This document shows, in pieces, positions 19,587 to 30,213 of a stretch of 64,000 nucleotides of DNA (position 1 is its first letter; the number at the start of each line of letters is the position of its first letter). The position numbers and the translations under genes are program-made. The stretch is taken from assembly GCA_964291315.2 (NCBI GenBank), contig OZ219750.1, forward strand, positions 64,001-128,000, in the 5' to 3' direction. This stretch comes from Candidatus Poribacteria bacterium. Lineage in GTDB: Bacteria > Poribacteria > WGA-4E > WGA-3G. A model generated the notes under the pieces. That model did not search any database. It saw only the letters and a program-made list of their open reading frames with translations, and had not been told where the DNA came from.

Positions 19587-20918
19587 TTAGTAGCGCGCCC
19601 ACTGCCATAGCTGTCTTAAGGTGGGGCGTTTGCCATACATGAGAATTCCTATTCGATAGATTTTTCCGCTCATGAGCATGACAAGCACGACAGTGAGGCA
19701 CACCGCTGAGATGTTGAGTAGAATTTCCCATAAAGGTGGCATCAGCACATTGATGCGCATGAACATAAGGATCGGGGAGAAAAAAGGGACATGTGAGAGC
19801 AGTACACTGAGTGTAGAATCTGGGATTCTAAACAATTGGAACATCAGTATAAATGGTACAACGATGAGCATCGCGAGGGGTGCTCCTGTCTGCTGTGCTT
19901 CTTCCTCGCTGCCACAAATCGCGCCGACGACGGCATAGAGCGTGGAGTACATAAAGAAACCGATAATGAAATAGACAAAGAAGTAGGCGAGTACCTCGGT
20001 GCTACTTGCTTTAACGGTATCAATTACTTGGAGGATCTGCGCCGGTAGATTCTCAACGCCAAAGAGGTGCAACAGTGGGTTTATATTCATGATTAACACG
20101 ACTCCGAAGAGCACCCAGATAGCAAACATCGTCAAACAGACGGAACAGACCCCGACGAGTTTGCCAAGTAGGAGTTGATACGGTTTTATAGATGAAACGA
20201 TCACCTCCACAATTCGGGTTGTTTTTTCCTCTAGGACGCTCCGCATAATGGAGTTTGCATAGATGATGACGGACATATAAAGCACGAAAACTAGGAGGTA
20301 TCCGAGTCCGATCCGCGCTCCTGTCTCTATAGGGCTTTCGACTTCTGTGCCGCCTGTGTCTCCTTTGCTGCTTTTAACAGCGTAAGCGTTGAATGTGACG
20401 GAGCGCATGAGTTGTCTGAGTTCTCGTTGGGAGTAACCGCTATCTGCAAATCGCTTGTTGCGGACGCTATCGGAAATAATGTGATGGATTGCTCTTTGCA
20501 TCTCGAAATTCGTTACTGTTCTGGCGTAGAAACGGACCTCGGCGTTTTCAAAAACATCTTTTGGGATTACAAGATAGGCGTAAAGTTGCTTTGTGTTGAC
20601 GCGTTCTCTGAGTCTATCCTCTGATTCCGCCGTAGCCTCAGGCTCCTCAATGAGTTGATAGACGAGTTTGCCCTTATGCTGAAAGGTGGGATGCTGGGCG
20701 ACGGCTGCTTGCATCTGTGCGAAGATTTGACGCGTCTCGTCAATTACTGCAAGTTTCCTGATCTCTGTGGTTTTACTTTCCATGACTGCGAGTAGGCTTG
20801 ATACCAACGCTAGGGTGCACATCAAAACTGGCATGAGAAATAGAGCGATAATAAACCCTTTAGATTTAACGCGCGTCATGTATTCACGTTTGATGACGGT
20901 GACAATTTTATTCGGCAT
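19587..20918 (-). CDS. ABC-2 type permease (NatB-like)
   Basis: IKREYMTRVKSKGF, EEKTTRIVEVIVSS, KIYRIGILMYGK; several transmembrane segments. Confidence 0.9.
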   Translation of the reverse strand: MPNKIVTVIKREYMTRVKSKGFIIALFLMPVLMCTLALVSSLLAVMESKTTEIRKLAVIDETRQIFAQMQAAVAQHPTFQHKGKLVYQLIEEPEATAESEDRLRERVNTKQLYAYLVIPKDVFENAEVRFYARTVTNFEMQRAIHHIISDSVRNKRFADSGYSQRELRQLMRSVTFNAYAVKSSKGDTGGTEVESPIETGARIGLGYLLVFVLYMSVIIYANSIMRSVLEEKTTRIVEVIVSSIKPYQLLLGKLVGVCSVCLTMFAIWVLFGVVLIMNINPLLHLFGVENLPAQILQVIDTVKASSTEVLAYFFVYFIIGFFMYSTLYAVVGAICGSEEEAQQTGAPLAMLIVVPFILMFQLFRIPDSTLSVLLSHVPFFSPILMFMRINVLMPPLWEILLNISAVCLTVVLVMLMSGKIYRIGILMYGKRPTLRQLWQWARY

Positions 20919-21831
20919 CTTGAGTTTTTCCTCCTTGTGCTTCAACACTTCGGACGAAAATTTCGTGTAATGTTGGTTCTACTAATTCGAACCGTGTTAT
21001 ATTGACCCGTTTTTCAATTAGTTCTTGAAGCAGGGGGCGGTAGTCTTCCGGATCCTTCAATTTGAGCTCGGCGTATTGCCCGAAATCGTTGAGTCCGTGA
21101 ATCCAGTTGGAGTTGTGCATGGGTTCAAGGCTACCTATGTATTCAATCTCGACAGAATTTTTGCCGAAGGTGCGTTTCACAGTGCGAAGTTCATCTTCAA
21201 TCAATACCTTGCCTTGATGAATGAGGCAGATACGGTCGCATAGTTTTTCTACCTGCTCCATGACGTGGGTTGAGAAGATAATTGTACTGCCGTCTTCACG
21301 TAGTTCAAGCATCAAATCTTTGAGGAGCGTCATGTTAATCGGGTCTAGCCCTGAAAACGGTTCATCAAGAATGATGAGATCGGGTTTATGAATGACGGTA
21401 GTGATGAATTGGATTTTTTGAGCCATGCCCTTGGAGAGTTCATCAACCCGTTTATTTTCCCACTCCGAGAGTTGCATTTTGGTCAGCCATTTTTCGATGT
21501 CGCGGAGGGCCTGCTTTCTGTGTACCCCTTTCAGTTCAGCGATAAAAAGAATAACATCCCGCACCTTCATTTTGCGGTACAGGCCGCGTTCCTCAGGAAG
21601 GTACCCAATCCGATCCAAGAAATCTCGAACGTGGAGATTCCCGTTGAAGATAATAGTCCCGGTATCTGGGGCGATAATATCCATTATCATTCGAAGTGTT
21701 GTTGTTTTTCCTGCACCGTTGGGTCCTAGAAGCCCGTATATACTTCCTTTCTGAATACTGAAGGAGATATCTGAAACGGCTGTGAAGTCGCCGAATTTCT
21801 TGTGGACATTTTCGATTTGGAGGAGTTGCAT
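20908..21831 (-). CDS. ABC transporter ATP-binding protein (NatA-like)
   Basis: GPNGAGKT, LSKGM, ILDEPFSGLD, EPTLHEIF. Confidence 0.92.
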   Translation of the reverse strand: MQLLQIENVHKKFGDFTAVSDISFSIQKGSIYGLLGPNGAGKTTTLRMIMDIIAPDTGTIIFNGNLHVRDFLDRIGYLPEERGLYRKMKVRDVILFIAELKGVHRKQALRDIEKWLTKMQLSEWENKRVDELSKGMAQKIQFITTVIHKPDLIILDEPFSGLDPINMTLLKDLMLELREDGSTIIFSTHVMEQVEKLCDRICLIHQGKVLIEDELRTVKRTFGKNSVEIEYIGSLEPMHNSNWIHGLNDFGQYAELKLKDPEDYRPLLQELIEKRVNITRFELVEPTLHEIFVRSVEAQGGKTQDAE

Positions 21832-21987
21832 CTTTTTGGCTCCGAAATTTCATAGAGGCGTTGGGTTTCAGACTCGTTCGATCCAAGCGACGCAGCAAAC
21901 TAGAGAAGGGGCTATATCTGAATTTCTAAGTGATAGTATAACGTATTTACAATCTCCGGGGCAACCTATAGAGAATGCCAAACGGGT

Positions 21988-23166
21988 TTAGTCAATAATC
22001 GCCTGATACGTTAACACACGAAATTGGGCGTGGAATGGCGAGTCGCCGATCAGTTGTGTCATCAGCAGGCCGATCAGCTTTTCGACGGGATCAATCCAGA
22101 ATATAGTGCTTGCGAGGCCTCCCCAATTGTAGGTTCCTAAGGAGCCGAGGCTGTTTGTTTCAGCGACATTCGTGACAACGGCGAATCCGAGTCCAAAACC
22201 GCATCCTGTTCTTTCGAGAGGTTGCCAATCTTGGGAAATGTGATTCATTCGGATTAGTTCGACGGTTTTTCTTCCAAGGATTCGCTCGCCGTCGAGTTCG
22301 CCATCGTTAAGCAACATCTGGCAGAACCGGAGATAATCAGCAGCTGTTGATTGGAGTCCAGCGCCGCCGGAGTGGAAAAAACTCAGAGAGCTGCTTGAAA
22401 CAGGGGCTTTTTCAATGACCTGAATGCCCCCGCAGTCTGCTGGTTCGTATAAAGTCATGTATCTATGAGCCTTTTCGTGCGGCACTGAGAAGGCGGTATC
22501 GTTCATCTGTAATGGATTTAAAATACGGGTCTTCAAAAATTCTTCAAACGGCATTCCTGATACAACTTCCACGAGGTGACCGAGTACGTCGGTAGACATC
22601 CCATAGTTCCAAGCGCTCCCCGGGTGACAAAAAAGCGGTATCTGTCCGAGTTCTTGCGCCATGTATGCAAGGTTTCCGCCGTAGAAATTAGCGTTTCGGT
22701 ATCGCTGATGAATGGGATGGTCTCCATCTCCGTCGTAAATAAGCCCGGAGGTGTGTGTGAGCAGGTGCTTTATTGTGATTTCGGTTTCTGCGTCAACGAT
22801 ATCGGTCCCGTTTTCCGTGTAAACCTGCATCTCTTTAAAAGTAGGAATAAATTCGGAGACGGGTGTGGTGAGTTGAAAATGTCCTTTTTCGTAGAGCATC
22901 ATCACAGCGATGCTGGTAATCGGTTTCGTCATTGAGTAAATTCGGAAGATAGTATCAAACTCTATCGGTTTGGTGGCAGCGATATCCTGCATGCCGAATT
23001 TTTCAAAATGGACGAGTCTACCTTCACGGGCTATCATTGTGAGTGCGCCGGGAATTTTTCCGTCGTCAACCCAACGTTGCATGACGGGTGCAATACGCCC
23101 GAGTCGTGCTGTTGAGATGCCGACATTTTCAGGGACTGCTCTCGGTAGTCCTTCATATGATGTCAT
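21988..23166 (-). CDS. Serine hydrolase, beta-lactamase class C-like family (copy 1)
   Basis: FRIYSMTKP (SxxK), LLTHTSG, WNYG, WGG; start set at MTSYEG behind GGAG. Confidence 0.9.
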   Translation of the reverse strand: MTSYEGLPRAVPENVGISTARLGRIAPVMQRWVDDGKIPGALTMIAREGRLVHFEKFGMQDIAATKPIEFDTIFRIYSMTKPITSIAVMMLYEKGHFQLTTPVSEFIPTFKEMQVYTENGTDIVDAETEITIKHLLTHTSGLIYDGDGDHPIHQRYRNANFYGGNLAYMAQELGQIPLFCHPGSAWNYGMSTDVLGHLVEVVSGMPFEEFLKTRILNPLQMNDTAFSVPHEKAHRYMTLYEPADCGGIQVIEKAPVSSSSLSFFHSGGAGLQSTAADYLRFCQMLLNDGELDGERILGRKTVELIRMNHISQDWQPLERTGCGFGLGFAVVTNVAETNSLGSLGTYNWGGLASTIFWIDPVEKLIGLLMTQLIGDSPFHAQFRVLTYQAIID

Positions 23167-23299
23167 TAGGAACTCCTTTTTCTGGCTGTTGGTTCTCGGC
23201 ACTCCGTAAGAGGTTTATGGCGGCAGCGCTTGTGATATCCACTAAGTCTTGCTGTACGCTAAGAGTAGAGTGCAGCTGATGGCTATTCTGCCGATGCAT

Positions 23300-24484
23300 T
23301 TATTCTGTAAGTGCTTGATAGGTTAAAGTCCGAAATTGGGCATGGAATGGACAGTCTGCATTCACCAATTGCGTCATGAGAATAGCAATTAATTCCTCCA
23401 TAGGGTCGATCCAAAACGTGGTGCTTGCCATGCCGCTCCAGCTACAAGTTCCTATAGAACCGAGGCTGTATGTGTCAGCGACATCAGTGATAACGGAAAA
23501 CCCAAGCCCGAAGCCGGTCCCTGTTCTTTCAGGGGCTAACCACTCGGGTGGAACGTGACTCATCTTGATAAGTTCGGTGGTTTTTTTGCCGAGGAGTCGC
23601 GTACCGTCGAGTTCTCCGTTGTTGAGTACCGTTTGACAAAAACGGAGGTAATCGGCGGCGGTAGATTGTAGCCCTCCGCCTCCGGAATGGAAAAAGCTCA
23701 GGGGGCCGGTTGCAGCGTGGACCTTCTCAATTTGCTTAAGACGGCTGCCCTTTCCATATTGATATATCTTTGAATATCGATCTGCATTTTCAACCCGCAC
23801 GGAAAAACCGGTGTCGTGCATGCCCAATGGGTCAAAAATACGGGTTTTCAAAAACGTCTCAAACGGCATCCCAGATACGACCTGTACAAGGTAGCCGAGT
23901 ACGTCGGTAGACATACCGTACTTCCATGCGCTGCCGGGCTGGTGAATGAGAGGAATGCCGCCAAGTTTTTCTATCATGTTCGCGAGGTCACCGCCATAGA
24001 GATCCGCATCTTCATATTGCTGATCGATGGGGTGGTCATCTGTATCACTGCTATAGATAAGTCCGGTGGTATGCGTCAATAGGTGTTTTATTGTCACCTC
24101 GCGTTCTGCATCGACAATATCCGTTCCGTTTTTTGTATAAACCTTCATATCTTTGAAGGCTGGAACGAATTCGGAAACGGGTGTGGTGAGTTGAAAGTGG
24201 CCTTCTTCATAGAGCATCATCACGGCGATGCTGGTAATTGGTTTCGTCATCGAGTAGAGGCGAAAGATGGTGTCAAATTCTATCGATTTGGCGGCGGCGA
24301 TATCCTGCATGCCGAATTTTTCAAAATGGACGAGTTTGCCTGCACGGGCGATCATCGTCAATGCGCATGGGATTTTTCCATTATCAACATAGCCTTGCAT
24401 GATGGGTGCAATACGTTCCAGTCGTGTTGCTGACATGCCTACATCTTCGGGGACTGCTCGCGGTAGTCCTTCATATATTGCCAT
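23300..24484 (-). CDS. Serine hydrolase, beta-lactamase class C-like family (copy 2)
   Basis: FRLYSMTKP, LLTHTTG, WKYG, WSG. Confidence 0.9.
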   Translation of the reverse strand: MAIYEGLPRAVPEDVGMSATRLERIAPIMQGYVDNGKIPCALTMIARAGKLVHFEKFGMQDIAAAKSIEFDTIFRLYSMTKPITSIAVMMLYEEGHFQLTTPVSEFVPAFKDMKVYTKNGTDIVDAEREVTIKHLLTHTTGLIYSSDTDDHPIDQQYEDADLYGGDLANMIEKLGGIPLIHQPGSAWKYGMSTDVLGYLVQVVSGMPFETFLKTRIFDPLGMHDTGFSVRVENADRYSKIYQYGKGSRLKQIEKVHAATGPLSFFHSGGGGLQSTAADYLRFCQTVLNNGELDGTRLLGKKTTELIKMSHVPPEWLAPERTGTGFGLGFSVITDVADTYSLGSIGTCSWSGMASTTFWIDPMEELIAILMTQLVNADCPFHAQFRTLTYQALTE

Positions 24485-24613
24485 TGGAGGCTCCTTTTTA
24501 TCGGTTTTCAGTGTCCTCTAAGAGTTCTGAGTGGTCGGTAGTTTGCAATATCTACGTCCCGTTTTCTGTTCGTTAAGTGTAAGCCTCGATTGACTGCTGG
24601 AAGTCGATAACGA

Positions 24614-25843
24614 CTATTCAATCAATGCCTGATAAGTTAGCTCTTTAAACTGTTGCTGGAAAGGGTAAGGATTGTTGTGAATTTGGGTCATCAGCAGCCC
24701 GATCAATTCGTTTTGGGGATCAATCCAGAAGAGGGTAGCAGCGGCACCGCCCCAACTGAAACTCCCCACGGACTCGGGCGTGTCTTTCTCAGTTTCGTCA
24801 GTTTTGTCATTTGTCTTGTGGGTATCAGTAACGATGGAGAAACCGAGTCCGAACCAGTTGTCGTGATGCGGATACCGCATGAGCTCGACGGTTTCTTCGG
24901 TTAATATCCTGACCCCGTCGAGTTCGCCTCCGTTGAGCAGCATTTGAGAAAAGCGCATAAAATCTGCGGCGGTTGAGACAAGTCCTCCGCCGCCGGAGGG
25001 GAAGTAAGTGAACGTGCCGTCTGCGTCTGCTTTCTGTTCGATTAGTTTGAGTCCTTGCTCTTTTGTAGCACGATATAGAGCTGCAAACCTATTTCGCTTT
25101 TCTGATGGTACCGAGAATGCGGTGTCTACCATGCCGAGGGGTTGAAAAATACGTGTTTGAAGAAATTTCTCGAACGGCATTCCGGATACCACTTCTACAA
25201 GGTAGCCGAGTACATCCGTGGAGACTCCGTATGTCCATTTTTCGCCGGGTTCGTGAACGAGGGGGATGTTGCTGAGTGTTTTTGCCATATCCGCCAAGGT
25301 TGCATGGGCTTCAGACGTTTTCAGCGCCTTATAGCGTTCATCAACCGGTTTATTGCCCCAGCCGTAAGTAAATCCGGCGGTGTGCATGAGGAGGTGCTGG
25401 ATGCTTATCTTTTTTTTAGCATCAAAGATTTCTGTTTGTTCTTTATTATAGACCTTCATGTTTTCAAATTCGGGGAGGAATTTGGAAATCGGTGTGTTAA
25501 GCTGAAAGTGGCCTTCTTCATAGAGCATCATCACGGCGACACTGGTAATCGGTTTTGACATGGAATAGATGCGGAAGATGGTGTCTGCTGCGATGGGCTT
25601 ATTATTTTCGATATCTTGCATGCCGAGGGTTTCAAAATGGGCAATTTTTCCGCGTCTGGCTATGACTGTCAGAAACCCGGGTAGATTTTCCTTGTCAACG
25701 TATTCTTGCATGACAGGTCGGATGCGTTCGAGGCGTTCGGTAGAAAAGCCAATCTGTTCGGGGGGTGCCAGGGGAAGTCCTTGTCCAGATGCGAGTGTCG
25801 TGACAAGGCAAAGTAGTAAGGGTAGGTACAATATTTTTTTCAA
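24614..25843 (-). CDS. Serine hydrolase, beta-lactamase class C-like family (copy 3, with signal peptide)
   Basis: MKKILYLPLLLCLVTTLASG signal; FRIYSMSKP, WTYG, WGG. Confidence 0.9.
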   Translation of the reverse strand: MKKILYLPLLLCLVTTLASGQGLPLAPPEQIGFSTERLERIRPVMQEYVDKENLPGFLTVIARRGKIAHFETLGMQDIENNKPIAADTIFRIYSMSKPITSVAVMMLYEEGHFQLNTPISKFLPEFENMKVYNKEQTEIFDAKKKISIQHLLMHTAGFTYGWGNKPVDERYKALKTSEAHATLADMAKTLSNIPLVHEPGEKWTYGVSTDVLGYLVEVVSGMPFEKFLQTRIFQPLGMVDTAFSVPSEKRNRFAALYRATKEQGLKLIEQKADADGTFTYFPSGGGGLVSTAADFMRFSQMLLNGGELDGVRILTEETVELMRYPHHDNWFGLGFSIVTDTHKTNDKTDETEKDTPESVGSFSWGGAAATLFWIDPQNELIGLLMTQIHNNPYPFQQQFKELTYQALIE

Positions 25844-25945
25844 TCTGTGCTCCTTTTTGTGCGCCGCGAGTCAGTCAATTGGTCCTGGTTAGGACTGCTG
25901 GCAGTCGAATTCACGTTGTTGTAATCGGTTATGTCCCTTTAAAAA

Positions 25946-26761
25946 CTATGGAGTCTGTTTAAGGTATCCCCAGTGCGTCGTGAGTTTGCTGCCGGGTTCG
26001 ACGCTGAGAATGGCAGCCAGACCGGTGTCCATAGCCTCCTGGATTTCGGCCTCGGTTCGTGCGGTATTCGAGATGCGTATCTCTTCAATAATGCCTTTCA
26101 AACCGTTTGGGTTATCGAGATTTGGCACGCCGATTGTGATAGGATCTTGGCTCTGAAAGGTTTGGTCATTGGGTGCCTCGGTTTCCAGTTCTCCATCAAC
26201 ATAGACGCGTCCGATCTTACCGTCATAAGTGAAAGCGAGATGATGCCACTTGTTGTCGGTGATCTCGGTTGTACCAGCGATAGAGAATCCGCATGCTGCA
26301 TTGGCTCCGATTTCTGCATGCATCACGCTTGTATCAAGATGGACCCAGATGCCGTAGTTACGGTTGGTGCAGCCTGCCTGCTGTTTGCAAATTATTCCTT
26401 GCCATTTGCCTGTTGCTTCTTCAATCTTTACCCACGTTTCAATGCTGATCTCTTCTATCTCCAATTTTTTGGTAGAGTCCACGACGATGTAGCCGTCGGT
26501 GTCGCCGGGGAACTCTAGGCCCGTCCCAAATTTTCCTTTAACCCACTTAGGATTTCCTGCAAATTCGCCATCATGGCCGTTGCCGGAGGCATCTTTCACC
26601 ACCTTTCCGGCTCCTTCTTCGAAAAGCCAGACGGCCACAGTGTGTTTATCAACTGCTGCCTCTGTGTGTATACCGGTGTGAATAAGGGTGACAACCGTAA
26701 TCGCAATTAAGAGATGCAAGAGGTTATAGAAAGATTTTGTATCGGTGATATAGAGCGTCAT
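25946..26761 (-). CDS. Secreted LamG-like jellyroll protein with the short C-terminal W-[GA]-x-[LI]-K motif
   Basis: AVWLFEEGAG..KDASGNGHDG, GKFGTGLEF, WHHLAFTYDG, GIIEEIRI; ends LSVEPGSKLTTHWGYLKQTP. Confidence 0.85.
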   Translation of the reverse strand: MTLYITDTKSFYNLLHLLIAITVVTLIHTGIHTEAAVDKHTVAVWLFEEGAGKVVKDASGNGHDGEFAGNPKWVKGKFGTGLEFPGDTDGYIVVDSTKKLEIEEISIETWVKIEEATGKWQGIICKQQAGCTNRNYGIWVHLDTSVMHAEIGANAACGFSIAGTTEITDNKWHHLAFTYDGKIGRVYVDGELETEAPNDQTFQSQDPITIGVPNLDNPNGLKGIIEEIRISNTARTEAEIQEAMDTGLAAILSVEPGSKLTTHWGYLKQTP

Positions 26762-26921
26762 TTTATCCAGTTTCCCCTCCTCTATTTTCTGCTCTATTCT
26801 ATCAGAAAACGATTTTTAAAGTCAAATGTTTTGGCAGAATTATCGGTCTGTAGCGTGGTAGGTGTCTTCTACTGTGCTTTGGGGTGGATCGAGTCAAACG
26901 AGAGGATCGAGGGCAGTTGTG

Positions 26922-27488
26922 CTATATCTGTTTGCGTTTGTTAAATTGGTTCATGGCTGTTAGGATGTCGGTTGTGACAAAGGTTTCGATAGCGTCGACG
27001 GCTCGATGGATAGTCGATTGGATTTCTATTGCCTCGGTTTCCGAAAATTCTGTGAGGACGTAATCTGTCAAATCACCAATGGGTTCACCAATACCGATGC
27101 GTAGGCGTGGGAACTGGTTTGTTCCTAAGTGATGGATGATAGACTTCATCCCTTTCTGGCCGCCGTGGCTGCCCTTCTGGCGTATCCGGAGTCGCCCAAT
27201 CTCTAGATGAATATCATCGTAGATAACACAGAGTTGTGAGAGAGGCACCCCAAATTGCTCGACGAGGGCGGCAACGGCGATACCACTCTTGTTCATATAG
27301 GTCATCGGTTTTGCGAGAATAATTGGTGTGTCGCGCCATGTTGTTTGCAAAACGATCGATTTACAAAGCGATGCTTGTCGATTAGATTGCATCTCTCCAT
27401 GGAGTGCATCGATGACGCGAAAACCGACGTTGTGTTTGGTGTGCTGGTAGCGCAGCCCGGGATTACCGAGCCCGACGATGAGTTTCAT
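26922..27488 (-). CDS. pth: Peptidyl-tRNA hydrolase
   Basis: MKLIVGLGNPG, HNVGF, KPMTYMNKSG, RLRIGIG. Confidence 0.95.
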   Translation of the reverse strand: MKLIVGLGNPGLRYQHTKHNVGFRVIDALHGEMQSNRQASLCKSIVLQTTWRDTPIILAKPMTYMNKSGIAVAALVEQFGVPLSQLCVIYDDIHLEIGRLRIRQKGSHGGQKGMKSIIHHLGTNQFPRLRIGIGEPIGDLTDYVLTEFSETEAIEIQSTIHRAVDAIETFVTTDILTAMNQFNKRKQI

Positions 27489-27535
27489 TTTTATGTGTGG
27501 CTGTTTGCGAGTTGATAACCGATTTGTCGCAAACC

Positions 27536-28171
27536 TCAATCGAAAATATGTAGTGGACGTGAAAGGTTAAGATGCCCCGCAAGGGTCTTGACTTGGTTGC
27601 CATCAATTAGAATTTGAACTTCCTTAATGTCGTTTGGGAATGCATCGAAGACGGTCTTAAGGATCGCCATAACGGTTAACTTCTCGGCGGTGGTGCCCCC
27701 GATATGCCCGTCAGCGAGCTGTCTTGAGAAATCCAAGTAGGCGGTCTGGTGGCTGTCAATGTAGGCTTCGTTGAGGCGTGTGCTGCGTGGAATAGGGTTT
27801 CTGAAATTAGGAGGTGTTTCTTGTATTAGCGCCTTGATCACTTGGTTCAGGCGTTCGGTGGTTTCGACGACAAGCCGTCTTTCGACTTTAACGGGAACAA
27901 GCGTGCTTGCAGTTGGGGGGATAAGGAACAGATTGAGTTGCTGAGGGGGTGGCATCGTGTTCGAAGGATTCGCAGCGACAGGTAACGGAGGTGGTGCAAC
28001 CGAGATTGCGGTCTGTTTCGATTGTTCAATCAGATATAGTGTCAAGGCGAGACAGACAAAGACAACAAAAAAGGTTATTCCCCAAATGACGAAGATTCTC
28101 GAAAAGCCGGCATTGCTGTTATATTTCACTGCTTTGTCCGTGTTATAGCTTATCGGTTTGTCGTAGCTCAA
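27536..28171 (-). CDS. GerMN domain membrane-anchored protein
   Basis: Single N-terminal transmembrane segment; AYLDFS, GGTTAE, VQILIDG...TLAGHL. Confidence 0.8.
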   Translation of the reverse strand: MSYDKPISYNTDKAVKYNSNAGFSRIFVIWGITFFVVFVCLALTLYLIEQSKQTAISVAPPPLPVAANPSNTMPPPQQLNLFLIPPTASTLVPVKVERRLVVETTERLNQVIKALIQETPPNFRNPIPRSTRLNEAYIDSHQTAYLDFSRQLADGHIGGTTAEKLTVMAILKTVFDAFPNDIKEVQILIDGNQVKTLAGHLNLSRPLHIFD

Positions 28172-28179
28172 TAGGTATT

Positions 28180-29400
28180 TTATTGTTCTGATCTTGTTGG
28201 TGGAACGGATTGGTTCACAGAGGAAACGTAATGCTGAATAGCGCGGGTGATGGCTTGCGCGATGCTAGCCGTGTAGTCAGCATTAGAGAGTTTCCTTAAA
28301 TCCTCGGCATTAGAAAGATAACCGATTTCCAGAACGACAGCGGGTGTAAAGATATCAGATAAAGTAGTCAGGGGTAGTTCGGTAATCGGGATAGGTGTCT
28401 CTGTTAGGAAATTGAGTTCTGTCTGCAAGACAGCTGCGAAGTCGCGGCTCTGTTTTAAAAAATTGGCTTGGGCGAGGAATTTCAATCTTTGTCCTGGAGG
28501 TGCCTGCCCGCTGCCCCTCCGGAATCGGAGGTGTCCTTTAGGGTTATTGAGGTAAATCTTGATACCTTTTTCATGGGATGAAAAAGAGGTGTTGCAGTGT
28601 AGACTGAGAAAGAGTCTGCCTTGGTTTCGATTCGCAACTTGAATCCGTTCGAAGTGTGTTTTTTGGGTGTCTGTCTGCCGTGTGAGGTAAACCTGCATTT
28701 CTTGTTGTTTACTGAGCTGTTGTATCCGTTTTGCGAGTGCGAGGACGATGTCTTTTTCGAGGATCCCGGTGTTGCCTTCACATCCGCTGTCATCTGGGCC
28801 GCCGTGTCCGGGGTCGATAATGATTGCCCAATTCTGGGCGCGGACTGCTACCGTGGGGTCCGAATTTTCTTTAGGTCTCATCTGGATCCTACGGAGGCTT
28901 GGATTGTAGATGACTTCCACATTATTGAAAAGTGGCAAGAGTTGGGTGAAGAAAGCGATAGGTAACATCGGCTGCTGTCGAATGATTATCGGAGCCGTTG
29001 AGAGGGTAATTTTGTTGCCCCCTGGGTCGATGTTAATTGTTGGATTGTCCATTTGTACGCGAATCCGCTTGTCTCTGATGGTGAGAGTCAGTCGTTTTCG
29101 CGGGTGGTTATACTGATGCGTCATTGCCGGATCAAGTACGTGTTTCACGGCATCAATGGAAAGGTAGACTTCCCCATCGTTGAGTCGGATAGGCACTTCT
29201 GCAACGGTCTTCCCATCAGCATCAATAAAATGAGCGTAGGGTTCTTGGGCAATACTGTTGAGTGCAAGAGTCCAAGCGAGAAGGCCGAAGAAAAGTGAGT
29301 AAACAGTCGGGCTGGACGCTATATGGAGCAAAGGTCTCCTATTCACGGGTACTGCTTGTCGCTTCTGTGTATGGGCGGTGTTATGTTTACCCTTCGTCAT
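28180..29400 (-). CDS. N-acetylmuramoyl-L-alanine amidase (Amidase_3) with an N-terminal copper-amine-oxidase-N-like domain
   Basis: IIDPGHGG, LEKDI, LSLHCN, VLEIGY; start probably near 29400 rather than the TTG deep inside rplY. Confidence 0.85.
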   Translation of the reverse strand: MTKGKHNTAHTQKRQAVPVNRRPLLHIASSPTVYSLFFGLLAWTLALNSIAQEPYAHFIDADGKTVAEVPIRLNDGEVYLSIDAVKHVLDPAMTHQYNHPRKRLTLTIRDKRIRVQMDNPTINIDPGGNKITLSTAPIIIRQQPMLPIAFFTQLLPLFNNVEVIYNPSLRRIQMRPKENSDPTVAVRAQNWAIIIDPGHGGPDDSGCEGNTGILEKDIVLALAKRIQQLSKQQEMQVYLTRQTDTQKTHFERIQVANRNQGRLFLSLHCNTSFSSHEKGIKIYLNNPKGHLRFRRGSGQAPPGQRLKFLAQANFLKQSRDFAAVLQTELNFLTETPIPITELPLTTLSDIFTPAVVLEIGYLSNAEDLRKLSNADYTASIAQAITRAIQHYVSSVNQSVPPTRSEQ

Positions 29401-30061
29401 TGTCCTGCCTACGGGAAATAACTTCTGGTTCCGTGGGCTCTTCAGTCGTTTCTTCGCCTTCTCCCTCACCCGCTTCACCTTCTGCTTCTTCAGTTTCAAG
29501 TTGGATACGAGGTTGGCTCACTGTGGCAATAGTCCGTTGGAAATCGTCTATAATCTCAACGTCAGGACCGAGGTTTAAATCAGCGACCTGAACAACCTCG
29601 CCTATTTCCAATTCCCTGACATCGATAGAGATCTCAGTGGGAAGTTGCATAGGCAGGCAATGAAGAGTCACTTGTCGGAGCAATAATTCGAGTACGCCTC
29701 CATCTTGGACACCAGCGGGGCTGCCTACCAGAACCACGGGTACAGACGAAGTCACAGGTTCATCCAGTGAAATTCTGATAAAATCGGCATGAACGAGTTC
29801 TTGTTTGTCTACCGGGTCACGTTGGATTTCTTTGATAATGACCGTTTCGGTGTTACTTCCCTCGATTTCCATATTGATGATAACATTTTCGCCGTATGTG
29901 CGTAGGAATTGTTTAAAGGTTCGCGTGCTGAGTCGGATCGGCAATGTCTCTTGTGTGCGTCCGTAGAGGATTGCTGGAAATTCGCCTTCACGTCGAAGGG
30001 CTCGTGAGCTGCTCTTTCCGAAAGTGTTGCGTAGTTGCCCCTCTAATTTTGCTTGTTGCAT
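29387..30061 (-). CDS. rplY: 50S ribosomal protein L25/CTC
   Basis: GKSSSRALRREG..PAILYG, IQRDPV, HADF, GVQDGG, acidic tail. Confidence 0.95.
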   Translation of the reverse strand: MQQAKLEGQLRNTFGKSSSRALRREGEFPAILYGRTQETLPIRLSTRTFKQFLRTYGENVIINMEIEGSNTETVIIKEIQRDPVDKQELVHADFIRISLDEPVTSSVPVVLVGSPAGVQDGGVLELLLRQVTLHCLPMQLPTEISIDVRELEIGEVVQVADLNLGPDVEIIDDFQRTIATVSQPRIQLETEEAEGEAGEGEGEETTEEPTEPEVISRRQDNDEG

Positions 30062-30079
30062 TTTTCTTTTCCATTCAGT

Positions 30080-30199
30080 GGTTATCAGTTATCGGTTAAG
30101 AGATTTCTCTGTGAGAATTCACTACTTTCTGATGTGCTACGTATGTTGGCAGTAATTACTAGTTATTGCAAAAGCGGTTTTGATCTGATAGCCGACAGT
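30080..30199. repeat. Heptamer-based inverted element
   Basis: GTTATCA-GTTATCG at the left end and CTGATAG-CCGACAG at the right end; similar segments at 23184-23298 and 24500-24613. Confidence 0.45.
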
Positions 30200-30213
30200 T
30201 TTAAAAAAGGAGG

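Noticed and set aside
21988-25843. Antibiotic-resistance (true AmpC) cluster
   Set aside because: The motifs fit the broad esterase/serine hydrolase branch (LLTH, WxG rather than KTG); resistance cannot be inferred.
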